The notes beneath the pieces are model-generated. The model was not told the origin of the DNA. It made no database searches and worked only from the letters and a program-made list of their open reading frames with translations. A program made the translations under genes and the position numbers. Positions 53,280-63,964 of a DNA stretch of 64,000 nucleotides are shown piece by piece. Source of the stretch: an uncultured Verrucomicrobiae bacterium (GTDB lineage Bacteria > Verrucomicrobiota > Verrucomicrobiia > Limisphaerales > Palsa-1400); the NCBI GenBank assembly GCA_963702845.1, contig OY969763.1, positions 1,888,001 through 1,952,000 on the forward strand, written 5' to 3'. How positions within the stretch are numbered: the stretch's first letter is position 1; each line of letters begins with the position of its first letter.

Positions 53280-53870
53280 GCTGCCGAGCGGATGGCACTG
53301 GATGGCAGATGAACGAACCCGATGAGTTCATCGCTATTGAGCAGCATCCCCGTGCGGCGCGACTGTCGACGCAATACATCTTCGATGTGGTCATGGAAGG
53401 GGTAATCGTCATTGGCGAGCGGAATGAGTTCGTTGCCGTGCGGATTTGCAAATACGCGGAGTGAGCCTGCTAAGTCGCGTGCAACATTCAAAGAATCTTC
53501 AAATCGCTCGGCTTTAACGGCGATACGAACAACTGCGGCATACAGCGGTCGTGAAACTTTGTTTTCAGCTGCATGGGTGAGTTCTGGCTTGTTTACGAAA
53601 TACGGTTTGCCATCGGCGTGTGACACGGACGCCATAATGCTGTCGGGCCAGTTCTCTTGAATGGACTGAAACAAAACCTGAAAAATCGCGACCTCATTGG
53701 GCTTCAATTCTGCGAGCGCTCCGACTATTCCAACAAACGGATCAAACTTGCCATTCTGAAGCGAAAACATGAATTCCCGCGCTAGACCAAATTCGACAAC
53801 GAGTGCTTCGTCGCCCTCGCATTCATTCCATGTTTCTTCCAGTTTGCTTTCGCGGTGTCGGAATGACGCC
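53280..53870 (-). pseudogene. Fragment of the N-terminal region of a VirD4-like coupling protein
   Basis: EFGLAREFM...DPF...FQVLFQ...PLYAAVVR...GMLLNSDEL..FVHLPS; no Walker motifs. Confidence 0.5.
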
Positions 53871-53944
53871 TCGGATAGGCCAGGTGATATTTGCGTTGAC
53901 TACTGCTGAACCGGATGCCGAATATCATCGTCAATACCTTCAAC

Positions 53945-56587
53945 ATGAGCGCATCGTGGGAAACAAGAATAGGCGTGCAAACGATTGTTTGGGGACGTTC
54001 CCTTAGGGATCAGTTCGCCGATATCGTAAGAACTATTCGCTCGCTTGGGATACACGGAATCGAAGTTTTTCAACAGCCTGGATTTTTGCCAACTCCAGAA
54101 GAATTCGAAAAGCTATTGGGCAACGATATCACTTTGCTAGGGCTCGCGGGCGGCAATATCGAAGACCGCGTCAATTTTGCAAAGAATTTAAAACAGAAAC
54201 CCTTGTTCATTTATTCGCAATCCGTTCAACAACAAGAATTGGATGTCATGGCGAATGGATTCACGATTGGACTGCACCCGCATCAATACTCGTCCGTCTC
54301 CACCTTTGCAGCCGCTCGGAGGGTTGCAACGCAACACCTGGGTAAACCAATTGAGATCATTTATGATACAGCTCACTCTTTCCTGGCTGGTGAGAATGTC
54401 CTAAAAGTACTGCAAGATCATGGAGATTGCATTCGTTATGTGCATCTGAAAGATTGGACTCCTCATTATGGGTCGTCGTTTTTTTCATATGCTAGAGGCT
54501 TTTGCGCAGCCGGCGAAGGGATAGCGCTACAGGACCCAAATTTGCGGCGCGAACTTATAAAATGGCTCTCTCAACGAGAGGACCGCTGGTTAATTATCGA
54601 GCAGGATTGGGTTGAACAATCGATCGAACGTCATCTTCGCAAATCATTGGATTGGATATTCGGGAAGGTTGCGTCGCTTCCTTCGGTGATATCAAAGCCT
54701 CAGAAAACCACTTCTCGTGCAAATGATTTGAGGTCTCTGGACAACGCGCAACAGGTGATGTTGTTGGAATTCAAAGCGCAAATGCTATCGTCTGTCCAAA
54801 GGCCGACCCTCTCCATTTACAAATTGGCATTGGATCATCTCGGAGAATTTGCACGCTGCAAGTACGCAACTGTTTGGGAAGTCAATTCGGCGTCTGAGCA
54901 TGCCGTCCTCAGAGCCACGTATGTACCAGTTGGGAGCATCCTTGCGAATCCGGAAGTTCAACAACTAGCTATTCGTCAATCACTGTCGTGGATAGCTGTT
55001 GAAAACGGGGCACCTCTGATTTGTTCCGATGTGCGAACGACTAAGGATGGAGGTCGAACATTTCAAGATCAGGGGATTGCAGAACAATTAAAACTCAAGG
55101 GAATGATTGTCCTTCCTATTTTTAACAGTTACAATCAGAACCAACCTGAATTAATAATTTGCCTGTTCCCACAGGTTCTTCATGTTTCCCTGTCGTTACT
55201 TGGGTTGGGTGAAGTTACGAAAGAGTTGCACACTGCGGTGAGCACGTCTCATCTGATCGACTGCGTAACATCTTCTCTTTCAGTTGCAATTGAGTCCTCT
55301 TGGCACTATACGACAACATCGCTTGCAAATGCAATCGACTGGCATGCAGCTCAGTCCAAGAGTTCCGATGAGTTTTTAAGCAGAGTCGCTGAGGTTACTG
55401 TAAACGCATTGGCTTGCGGTTCGGTGGAAATTTTTTGGCTAAACACAAGCGGTACCCTAAGCGTGCTGTATCCAAAGCCGAAAAAGCCACAAACAATCAC
55501 GTCAACGACGCCGACATGGCATTGGAGCGTAGTCAGCCGCGGTCAAAACGAGGAAGAAACGATCGACGGCCGTGGGCCGCTGATAGGGGGCCGAGTCCTC
55601 GCCTCTCCATTATATGCTCAAAGCATACCAATTAGCTCCGTAGTAGGGATGATTGCGTGTTTCGACAAGAAGACACCGGAGGGTGAATTACCAATCGGCC
55701 TGTTTTCGATGACGGACCTCGCGTTATTGGATTCGATACAGAGTGCTATAGCATTGCATCTGGTAAGGATGATGGAAGATGAAGCGTACGTTCGACAGAT
55801 GCGGAGAATCGTTCACGAATTACGCGAACCGCTGACGATTTTTCGAGGTGCTTCAAGCGCGGCAATAGCAGAGATGAAAAAACAAAACTGGGTCTTCCCT
55901 GGAAAAGACCATCTCCAGGTGTTTCGACGATATCTGGGAACGATGGAACAAACAGCGGCCATGATCGGATTTGCACAGAGTGATTTTCAGGTAACTTTGC
56001 AGCGCAGCAGATGTCTTTTGTTTGAACAAGTTATTCAGCCGGCCCTCGACGATTTGGAGGTGCTGCTGAGTAATCACAAACTGACCCGAGATCAAATCGA
56101 CATATCGAGAGCTCTCGGTGGCGACGCGTTGTATTTGGACGCTTTTCGGATGAGACAAGTCGTATTCAATCTTCTTGTTAACGCTGTGAAATACACCAAG
56201 CGTAAAAACAATGGAGAAGTCGACCCTGAACTCTTCCGAGTTGAAATCGAGGGAAGATCAAGTGGGGCTAAAAGTCTTCTTATAGTGAGAGATTTTGGAA
56301 TTGGAATTCCGCGAGACTATGAAGAAGCTATTTTCAACGAAGGGGTCCGTGCACCAAACGCGGTAGGTACAGGAGTTGTAGGAGACGGCTTAGGCCTGCA
56401 CATCGTTAAACAAATTCTTTTAGCTCATGAAGCAACTATTCGCGTCACGCACGAGGCTGATTATGCGGGATTGCACACTCCTGCAACTGTGATGGTCATC
56501 GAATTCCCCGCCAAATTAAAAGAACCCGCCTACAAACAACCCTTGCAAGCAGACATATCACAGACGAGCAACAAACTATCATTATGA
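53945..56587 (+). CDS. Sensor histidine kinase with N-terminal sugar-phosphate isomerase (AP_endonuc_2) TIM barrel and GAF-like domains
   Basis: GIEVF, LHPH, YDTAH, VHLKD, IIEQD; HELREPL, NLLVNAVKY, DFGIGI, GDGLGL. Confidence 0.85.
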   Translation: MSASWETRIGVQTIVWGRSLRDQFADIVRTIRSLGIHGIEVFQQPGFLPTPEEFEKLLGNDITLLGLAGGNIEDRVNFAKNLKQKPLFIYSQSVQQQELDVMANGFTIGLHPHQYSSVSTFAAARRVATQHLGKPIEIIYDTAHSFLAGENVLKVLQDHGDCIRYVHLKDWTPHYGSSFFSYARGFCAAGEGIALQDPNLRRELIKWLSQREDRWLIIEQDWVEQSIERHLRKSLDWIFGKVASLPSVISKPQKTTSRANDLRSLDNAQQVMLLEFKAQMLSSVQRPTLSIYKLALDHLGEFARCKYATVWEVNSASEHAVLRATYVPVGSILANPEVQQLAIRQSLSWIAVENGAPLICSDVRTTKDGGRTFQDQGIAEQLKLKGMIVLPIFNSYNQNQPELIICLFPQVLHVSLSLLGLGEVTKELHTAVSTSHLIDCVTSSLSVAIESSWHYTTTSLANAIDWHAAQSKSSDEFLSRVAEVTVNALACGSVEIFWLNTSGTLSVLYPKPKKPQTITSTTPTWHWSVVSRGQNEEETIDGRGPLIGGRVLASPLYAQSIPISSVVGMIACFDKKTPEGELPIGLFSMTDLALLDSIQSAIALHLVRMMEDEAYVRQMRRIVHELREPLTIFRGASSAAIAEMKKQNWVFPGKDHLQVFRRYLGTMEQTAAMIGFAQSDFQVTLQRSRCLLFEQVIQPALDDLEVLLSNHKLTRDQIDISRALGGDALYLDAFRMRQVVFNLLVNAVKYTKRKNNGEVDPELFRVEIEGRSSGAKSLLIVRDFGIGIPRDYEEAIFNEGVRAPNAVGTGVVGDGLGLHIVKQILLAHEATIRVTHEADYAGLHTPATVMVIEFPAKLKEPAYKQPLQADISQTSNKLSL

Positions 56588-57093
56588 AAGAGACACCTGT
56601 CGTAATCTTTATCGACGATGAACCGGACCAGATTCAATATTTCATGGATCAAATAAACGGGATGATTTTGCCCGGGGAAAGCGAGGCGGCGACGGTTTTG
56701 CATCATAAGGTTGATGGAGCGGTAGAGTTCCTTCAAGCTTTCAGACCGGAAATTAAGGCGGTAATTATAGATATAAAGATGCCACCTGGATTAACTTTTC
56801 AGGAAGACGATCATGACCAGAATCTGCGCACGGGGCTGCTCCTTTTTGAGCATCTAGATGGGATTCAAAAGAAATACGACGTAAATCGCGGTCACCCATT
56901 GCCCTTGGCCTTTTTAACTCAATTAAATGACAAAAAAATTCATTCGGATATGACGGAATTATTTCATCGACTTCGACCGCTTGAATTGCCCCGGATTGGT
57001 ATCTGGATAAAAGTAGGTCTTGAACCACGTGACTTTGCTGTTCAATTCGACGAATGGCTTGCTGCAATTCACGAACTGTATGGGATTAAATGA
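56584..57093 (+). CDS. Stand-alone receiver-domain protein
   Basis: FIDDE, IIDIKMP, FLT, WIK; ATGA coupling to the kinase. Confidence 0.8.
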   Translation: MKETPVVIFIDDEPDQIQYFMDQINGMILPGESEAATVLHHKVDGAVEFLQAFRPEIKAVIIDIKMPPGLTFQEDDHDQNLRTGLLLFEHLDGIQKKYDVNRGHPLPLAFLTQLNDKKIHSDMTELFHRLRPLELPRIGIWIKVGLEPRDFAVQFDEWLAAIHELYGIK

Positions 57094-57387
57094 CACAAAA
57101 CCAAATTACCGGAGCCTCCTAGCGTATAAAATATTCCGGCATTGGACTGTCACATACAGGTGCTCAAATTAATTTTGACGATATGCTTCGAGCGCGCTAT
57201 CAATTAGCGCTCCCTTTAAGAACCGCTCAGTTGGACGCCATGGGTGGAACCGTCTCTGGTCGTTAGCAGAACCAAAGTAGCCAGTTCGTAGGTCGAAATA
57301 TATTGCAAGTGAAGTTGCGTTCGTTGTGAAACAACCAAATCTCTACTCGTAAGTTGAATCAACGTCTTACGAGAGAAAATAAATACT

Positions 57388-57545
57388 ATGGGTGAACAAA
57401 AATTGTCGCAAGTTACGGATTTCATTTACCATGCGATCCCAATTTCAGAGTTGGAAAAGCAAGTATTATCCACAACGATATTTAATCGACTTCACAATGT
57501 CCTTCAAAACTCCACTGTCTATTTTACATACCCATGTAATAGAAC
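57388..57545 (+). pseudogene. HD-domain dNTPase-like gene, 5' fragment
   Basis: MGEQKLSQVTDFIYHAIPISELEKQVLSTTIFNRLHNVLQNSTVYFTYPCNR, cut by the IS. Confidence 0.75.
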
Positions 57546-57605
57546 TGGGCTTGCCTCGATTTGGTAGACAGGGAGTGTCTGAGTGCGCATGAGACATTGG
57601 GATTA

Positions 57606-58445
57606 TTAGTTAAGGTTTGATTCGAAGTCCACAGGTGATTGGTAACCGAGAGCGCTGTGGAACCGCTTGCGGTTATAAAAGACTTCGATCCATTCAAAGA
57701 TGGCGGCACGAGCTTCAGCTCGAGTCGCGAAGTGGCTGCGGTGGACCAAACCGCATTTGAGCGTGCTCCAAAAACTTTCCATCAGCGCATTGTCATAGCA
57801 GTTGCCGCGACGGCTCATGCTCGGGATCACGCCCGCCTGGCAGAGGCGTTGACGATAGGCCGAGCTGGCATACTGCACGCCGCGATCGGAATGATGCACC
57901 AATCCGCTGGGCGGTTGGCGTTGCTTGAGTGCCATCTCCAGAGCGGCCAAAGGCAATGTTGTTGCCAACGTCTCGTCGAAAGCCCAACCGATGCAGCGAC
58001 GTGTGCAGCGATCGACCACGCCAGCGACATAAAGCCAGCCTTCATCGGTGGGCACGTAGGTGATGTCGGCAACCCACACGGTGTTCGGCTGCTGCGTGGG
58101 TTGACGATGGGCCAGCAAATTAGGCGCGACTGGAAAGTCGTGATTGCTGTCGGTCAAACTCAGGGGGCGAAAGCGTCGGCGCCGACGAGCTGATAAACCG
58201 ATACGTCGCATCAATCGGCTCACACGCATGCGACCGCATCGATGGCCGCGCTCGCGTAGCCAGCGCATGACGCAAGGACTGCCATAGCTTTGGCGGCCTT
58301 CCTGGTGGGCCGCTTCGATCAGCGGCAGCAACAGCGCGTCGGCTTGAGCGCGAGGTCCCGGCTGGCGACATGCCCAATCGTGATAGCCGCTGCGCGTGAC
58401 CTCCAGGGCCTCACAGAGTTGGCTGATGGAATATTCGTGCTGCAT
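57606..58445 (-). CDS. IS3 transposase OrfB (DDE)
   Basis: WVADITY, HHSDRGVQY, GNCYDNALMESFW. Confidence 0.95.
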   Translation of the reverse strand: MQHEYSISQLCEALEVTRSGYHDWACRQPGPRAQADALLLPLIEAAHQEGRQSYGSPCVMRWLRERGHRCGRMRVSRLMRRIGLSARRRRRFRPLSLTDSNHDFPVAPNLLAHRQPTQQPNTVWVADITYVPTDEGWLYVAGVVDRCTRRCIGWAFDETLATTLPLAALEMALKQRQPPSGLVHHSDRGVQYASSAYRQRLCQAGVIPSMSRRGNCYDNALMESFWSTLKCGLVHRSHFATRAEARAAIFEWIEVFYNRKRFHSALGYQSPVDFESNLN

Positions 58446-58764
58446 GGCGTTTATCCGTTGGAACCGTTCTCGGGCGCTTCGGAGAGGATGCCCAACGTTT
58501 TTTTAATATGTCGCGTTGGATACTGATACGGCGCAGCTCCCGTTGCAGCCGGCGGTTCTCCGCTTGCATCGCTTCCATCGTTCCGGCGACTTGACCGGCC
58601 GGCAGTTGGTTGAACTGCTTGCGCCAGTAATGGAGGCTGTTGACGTTGACGCCCAGTTCGGTGGCGATCTGCCGAACCGACTTGCCGCTGAGCATCAGAT
58701 GCTCAACGGCAGAGCGCTTAAAGTTCTCATCATAATGTTTTCGGGTAGTGGTTTCGTTACTCAT
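58411..58764 (-). CDS. IS3 transposase OrfA (HTH)
   Basis: YDENFKRSAV...IATELGV...W...ILKK. Confidence 0.9.
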   Translation of the reverse strand: MSNETTTRKHYDENFKRSAVEHLMLSGKSVRQIATELGVNVNSLHYWRKQFNQLPAGQVAGTMEAMQAENRRLQRELRRISIQRDILKKRWASSPKRPRTVPTDKRHAARIFHQPTL

Positions 58765-58826
58765 GTGTGCTGGTCCCTAGCTCACACGTTCAGACACTCC
58801 CTGTCCACCAAATCGAGGCAAGCCCA

Positions 58827-59871
58827 CAAGTCCGGAAAAAGCACGTTTGAATTTGCGCCCTCCATTAGAGCTATAAGCACTATTGAGGAGTTCTACTCCC
58901 AAAGAATGTTTCTTTATAAATACGTAATATACCACCACCGGGTCGTCAAATTTGACGCATTACTTCGAGAAACGATTGTAGGGTTAGCAAAGGCGTGGCT
59001 TGATCAAAAGGATCGCTACTACCAATTAGATCCAGATAAAGACAACAACTTACTGCCTACCGACATCTCCGGTTTATGGAAAATTCTCGATCCTAAAATG
59101 GCAATACTCCCTAGAACGGTTGTTAATTACTACACCCAGTGGGATGACTTTTGGCTGTTGACAGTTCTTCGCACCCATTTTTTTAAGGAATCGGCAAACT
59201 CAAAGAAAAAGCTGCTTCACATTCAGCTCGAGGAGATTCTGTCAAATCACAAGTTTTACTACTCGCTCTTCAAAAGAGTCGACTCGTTCTTAGAAATCGA
59301 TAAAACTTTCATTGAGGAGGCAATGGGCGAAGCCATTAACGGCATCCTAGAACCTGAGCTGATTGCTTTAATACCGAAGGAGGCTGAAGTTACCGAAAAG
59401 ACGAGTTTGAAGACAGCTATCAGAGAGCTTGTACTTTTTCTGAAAAAGTATAAAATTGCATCAGATAGCAATGATGAATTTCGCGTGGCGCGGTTGTTTC
59501 AGCGCAAGGGGTTCTTTTTGACGCAGTTGGTTAATCTATTGACGAGTTTAGGTGTTTCAATGGAGTGGGTGTCGACCTCGGCCAAGAGCCTTCAAGCGAC
59601 ATTTAAATTGGATGATGTCTTTGTGATTCACAAACGGTTGCGACCTGGAATTAAGAGTGAAATGCACTTAGCGCACGAGGAAGGGTTCGTCAAGATGGCC
59701 AATGTGTCGGGGATCGCCGAAAAATTAAGACGGGATGCGAATCTGTTCCCCCCGTTCTTTGTTTACTACTACAAGGAAGACGAAATGGCTGTAGACGTGT
59801 CGCTAATGAAAAAGGCGCTGGGAAAAGAGCTATTTGAACAATTCAGAAAAAAACGAAAGGAGATTCAATGA
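58827..59871 (+). pseudogene. HD-domain dNTPase-like gene, 3' fragment
   Basis: AISTIEEFYSQRMFLYKYVIYHHRVVKFD, typical HD-associated region; WDDFWL. Confidence 0.7.
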
Positions 59872-60083
59872 GTGGAAAATCGATGATTCGAAGACGAGAC
59901 CTCATCAAGTTGATCTATCGCCTCGACACGTTTAGCGAAGAAGAACTCAGGGAAAAATTCAGGGATGAAACCCGAGGGGACATGTCAATTGGGGGATGTC
60001 AGACGATTAAAGATTATATCAATGACCTAACCCAGATAGGCAGCCTTCGTTACGAAGACGGACGATATTCGGTTGCTCCGTAA
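59868..60083 (+). CDS. Small wHTH-like protein
   Basis: RBS AAGGAG; ATGA coupling; terminator follows. Confidence 0.6.
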   Translation: MSGKSMIRRRDLIKLIYRLDTFSEEELREKFRDETRGDMSIGGCQTIKDYINDLTQIGSLRYEDGRYSVAP

Positions 60084-60086
60084 CGC

Positions 60087-60118
60087 AAACACCCAAAGCT
60101 GAACTTTGGGTGTTTTTT
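60087..60118 (+). terminator. Intrinsic terminator
   Basis: AAACACCCAAAG-CTGAA-CTTTGGGTGTTT-TTT. Confidence 0.8.
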
Positions 60119-60669
60119 ATGCTCTTTGTGAGACAACATCAGTTTGCCCGTGATTCGTTTGCCCCTGGGGAGGTCGCCGATGGCAGGCGGAATACAGGGG
60201 ATTCGGGAAGCTCGCCCCTCGGAATCCACACAACTTGCACGGAAAAAATCCCTCTTGCGACGGGGACCTACTCCTCAGCGACTAGAACGTTTCGTCTGGG
60301 TCGTCGCGCGCTTCGGGCCTATCCTAATCCGCAAGGCGGCTGTATAACCGCGACTCGACGGCATCAACGCACTCCTCTATGCGCTCGAACGAGCGGGCAA
60401 TGGAGATAGTGATGTCGCCGCCGCTTTTGTAAACGATACGCTCGAGTATTTTGAGGTCGTGTTTCTTGCCAGAAACTCCTCGCATTCCATGATGAAATTC
60501 GCCGACGTGTCTCAGCGAGCCAGGTTCCGGGGCAGAAGCCCTCATTGGTTTGTATCTACGATTTACACCTCAATGATTTGCTGATTCGAAGTGTCGGAGT
60601 AAAGACCTAGTCCCCGATGCTGTTCAAACAGCGATTGTGCGAGAAGTGACAATATTGTATGAGAACATC

Positions 60670-61563
60670 ATGGATCTGAAGCAACTCATTCGTATCACCG
60701 AAGGTGGGGATCAGGCAAATAATAGGCTTTTGGAGATTGCCAACCATGTCGAAAGGCAACGACGCTTCGTTGAAAACATCTTACGAAATCCGATCGCCGA
60801 CATGGCTGATAAGTTAGTTCAAGCGACCACGATAATGCAGCAGCTTAACGGCCCCATGGCAAATATTGCGCTCCAGATGGAACGCGACTGGCTCGCAATC
60901 CAAAACTGTACAGTTTCTGCTTGGGAAATCATTCAAAGATCTGTCGAACAGCAAAACCGCCTGGCCGCGTTATTCAAATTCCATTTGCACGAATACCTTG
61001 AACCGTTGATGCAATTCGACGGCGGAGGGGAAAATAGTACGTCCTTGTACCTTCTGCAGTTGCCCGAGAGTTCTCCAGAAGACCCGGAAGGAATTATTCA
61101 GGTGACGGGCGCTCTATCCAAAGATCTTGTCCAGCGGTTTTCGGATAGACCGTCAGAGCTTAGAAATCTCGGCCACAGGCAGTTTGAAGAATTGATCGCT
61201 GAACTATTCTCTGGATTTGGATACGAAGTTGAATTGACGTTAAAAACGCGCGACGGTGGTCGCGATGTCATCGCAATACGAAAACGTGAGGTCGTCGTGA
61301 AATATCTTATTGAATGCAAACGCCCACGCGACGGCACCCCGGTTCGCATACAACCTGTTCGAGAACTTCTTGGCGTTAAAGCTCATGAAAGAGCTACCAA
61401 AGCGATTCTAGCTACGACCACGTTCTTCACGCCGGACGCCATACGTTTTTCGAAGGAGCACGAGTGGGAATTAGAGTTAAGGGATTTTGAAGGTCTCCAA
61501 TGTTGGTTTGTGGATTATTTGCAAATAAAAACTAGCCAGAAACCTGAATGGGCAAGTTCCTAA
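60670..61563 (+). CDS. Mrr-like restriction endonuclease
   Basis: QFEELIAELF..GY...DGGRDVIA...LIECKR, ATTTFFTPDA. Confidence 0.85.
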   Translation: MDLKQLIRITEGGDQANNRLLEIANHVERQRRFVENILRNPIADMADKLVQATTIMQQLNGPMANIALQMERDWLAIQNCTVSAWEIIQRSVEQQNRLAALFKFHLHEYLEPLMQFDGGGENSTSLYLLQLPESSPEDPEGIIQVTGALSKDLVQRFSDRPSELRNLGHRQFEELIAELFSGFGYEVELTLKTRDGGRDVIAIRKREVVVKYLIECKRPRDGTPVRIQPVRELLGVKAHERATKAILATTTFFTPDAIRFSKEHEWELELRDFEGLQCWFVDYLQIKTSQKPEWASS

Positions 61564-61604
61564 CGATGGCTCGACGAATTGGATAGCCGCGTTGTGTTAA
61601 TAAA

Positions 61605-61868
61605 TTACGGACGTTTAGGCAGACGCGATTTAATAGTATTTGCAAAGTCGCGTAGCGCTTGGTCTCCTCGGATGGAGGTTTGTTCTACGGCTTTCGCCTC
61701 AAGCTCACGAATCAAACTGTTTCGTTCATCTTCGAGAATATCCTGAACCCAGCCTATAAATGAATTTTGCAAATCTTCGATCTTTGGCTGGCGGCCTGGT
61801 CGCCGGAATTGGCTGGTAATATTATCCGCCATAAATTTGGCCCATTGATCGACATTCATCGCTGGCAT
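61605..61868 (-). CDS. Hypothetical protein
   Basis: Short helical ORF. Confidence 0.4.
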   Translation of the reverse strand: MPAMNVDQWAKFMADNITSQFRRPGRQPKIEDLQNSFIGWVQDILEDERNSLIRELEAKAVEQTSIRGDQALRDFANTIKSRLPKRP

Positions 61869-63108
61869 GCTTCTGAATCTATTCCGCCGGATGTTATTTA
61901 CAACTTCAATAGAAGGTAGGCGTATTTGACAGCGGTTTCACGTGAACTACGTTTATCAATTAGTCACTGCTTCGCGGCAGTTGTGTTCGTGCGCAACCCC
62001 AATTCGGGCGCAGATTGTGCGAGAGGTAAAAGATGCCAGGGATCTCGACAGTGAACTACAAAGGAACGCAATTCACAGGCGACGTGTTTGTCGTTCAGAT
62101 CGCTGTTTGGAATGCGGGGCGGGAACCGATGCGGACGGATGATGTAATAAAATCTATTGTTCTGCGGTTTCCTACGAATTGTGTCGTTCTACAAGCTAAG
62201 ACGATCAAAACGCAACGTGAGGTGATCGGATGGAACCTAGATACTCCGACAAATGCTTTCCTGACGGGAATTTCGCTCAAGTGGAAAGTTTTGGAACATA
62301 ATGACGGGGCGTTAATTCTAGTTATTTATAGTGACCCGTTGAATGCGCCAATTGGTTGCGAGGGGGGTTGTAGTTGGCCAAGAGTATCCAGAATGGTTAA
62401 CGTCGCAAAGTCGGTCTGCTGAAACATATACGTCAGCGTTGGTTCTGTTCGTCGCTTGGTGCTATGTAACTATGCCAAACATAGAGAAGAAACTAAGCAG
62501 GCGATGGAGTTTGGTTTCTTTGCTCTTTGGCGGCGTATTCGCACTTTTCATGTTTTACTTATACTTTCACGCAATTTTTTCACGTCAGAACGACGCCGTT
62601 TGGATTCTAAAAGAACTGCATTAGGCAAGCACGGCCACCTGCGATGACGAGCGGCATTCTTTTCTTCATGTTTGCGTTCGCGAATTGATAGAAAACATCA
62701 AAGGTCTTGTCGCTAAAAATACCTGCGAAATTGCGAAACCCTGGGTCATCCACCCCGACGTTGTAGTATTGCGAATCCTCAAGGTCTTTGTACGCGCGGT
62801 GTCAAAATTGCACAGACCTCCCGTGAAAAAACACAAAAATTAAATTACGGTTGCGGATCAATCGTGAACTCGGCATTTCCAAATGCGATTATTCCCGACG
62901 GCTTCGATATAATCTCACGAGTTTTTGAAACATCTCCCACTTCTATCGCCGTCGAATCTGTCGCTTTTCCCATCGTCACCATCCGCCCAGCGATCGTTCG
63001 TTTGATGAGTTCTTCTCGAAAGCCGGAGCGAAGGCATTCGTGACTTGCCGAACGAGGCAAGGCGCAGTGTCTGTTCAAAATGTTTCAAGAGAAATACTCT
63101 GGTCACAT

Positions 63109-63330
63109 ATGAAAAATATTAATGCAAAACCAAATAGCGGTCGAGAGGAGGGTCTGGGGCAAGATGCATTGAAGTTGTTAATCGAATCCTTAGCAGATTT
63201 GATTGCGAAGGTGCGAATTGACCTGTTGCAGCAAGGTGGTGAAATCCTCGCCAAAGTTCGGGAAGTGAACGATTCGGTCGGTAATGTTCGCCGTGAAATT
63301 CAACGGCATGTCCAAAGAGGTGATTCGTAA
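63109..63330 (+). CDS. Small coiled-coil protein (copy 2)
   Basis: Homolog of 27487-27710. Confidence 0.65.
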   Translation: MKNINAKPNSGREEGLGQDALKLLIESLADLIAKVRIDLLQQGGEILAKVREVNDSVGNVRREIQRHVQRGDS

Positions 63331-63339
63331 TGAACGCTG

Positions 63340-63964
63340 ATGGCACAAGCTATCGTAGTGAGTCTTTTCGACTACACCTGCAACATGGTGCAACCTTGGG
63401 CAGAAGCGGGGTTCCTCTGTTACTGCGTGGATATAAAACATCCTGCCGGCGAACACCGCGATGGGAACATTGTTTGTGTCGGTGCTGACGTACACGAATG
63501 GTTACCTCCCTATGGCCCCGTAAAGATTTTATTCGCATTTCCGCCATGCACGCATGTGGCAGCAAGCGGCGCACGTTGGTTTAAAGATAAAGGTCTCGGT
63601 GGTCTAATTGATTCGCTTCAACTGTTCGACGCGGCCGTGCGTTTGGCGGAGTGGACAAAAGCACCGTATATGATCGAAAATCCCGTCATGTACCATTTCA
63701 ACCTACTGGCGCAAACCAAATCACACATTCAATCCATGTGATTTTGGCGGATATATCAATCCCTCCTACGATGCATATACCAAGAAAACATGTCTGTGGA
63801 CCGGAAACGGGTTCGTGATGCCAAAAGCGAAACGCGTGCGACCGGTGCTCGGCAGTAAAATGCATCGTCTGCCTCCGTCGCCGTCGCGCTCGGCATTGCG
63901 GTCGGAGACGCCGCGTGGATTTGCGCAGGCTGTGTTTAGCGCGAACCGTGGACGGACCTCTTAA
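63340..63964 (+). CDS. Short cytosine methyltransferase (copy 2; extra base near 63689)
   Basis: FPPCT, ENPV, then YTKKTCLW, RSETPRGFA after frame correction. Confidence 0.75.

Larger units (their letters stand above)
57546..58826 (-). mobile_element. IS3-family insertion sequence
   Basis: 37-bp terminal IRs TGGGCTTGCCTCGATTTGGT(A/G)GACAGGGAGTGTCTGA with 1 mismatch; orfA/orfB with poly-A junction; no target duplication. Confidence 0.95.

Noticed and set aside
58516..59871. 451-aa ORF as a complete gene
   Set aside because: Its first ~100 codons are the antisense strand of the IS3; only 58827 onward is HD-family sequence.
62033..62624. Split membrane-protein ORFs
   Set aside because: Possibly one frameshifted gene, but no start or family is supportable.
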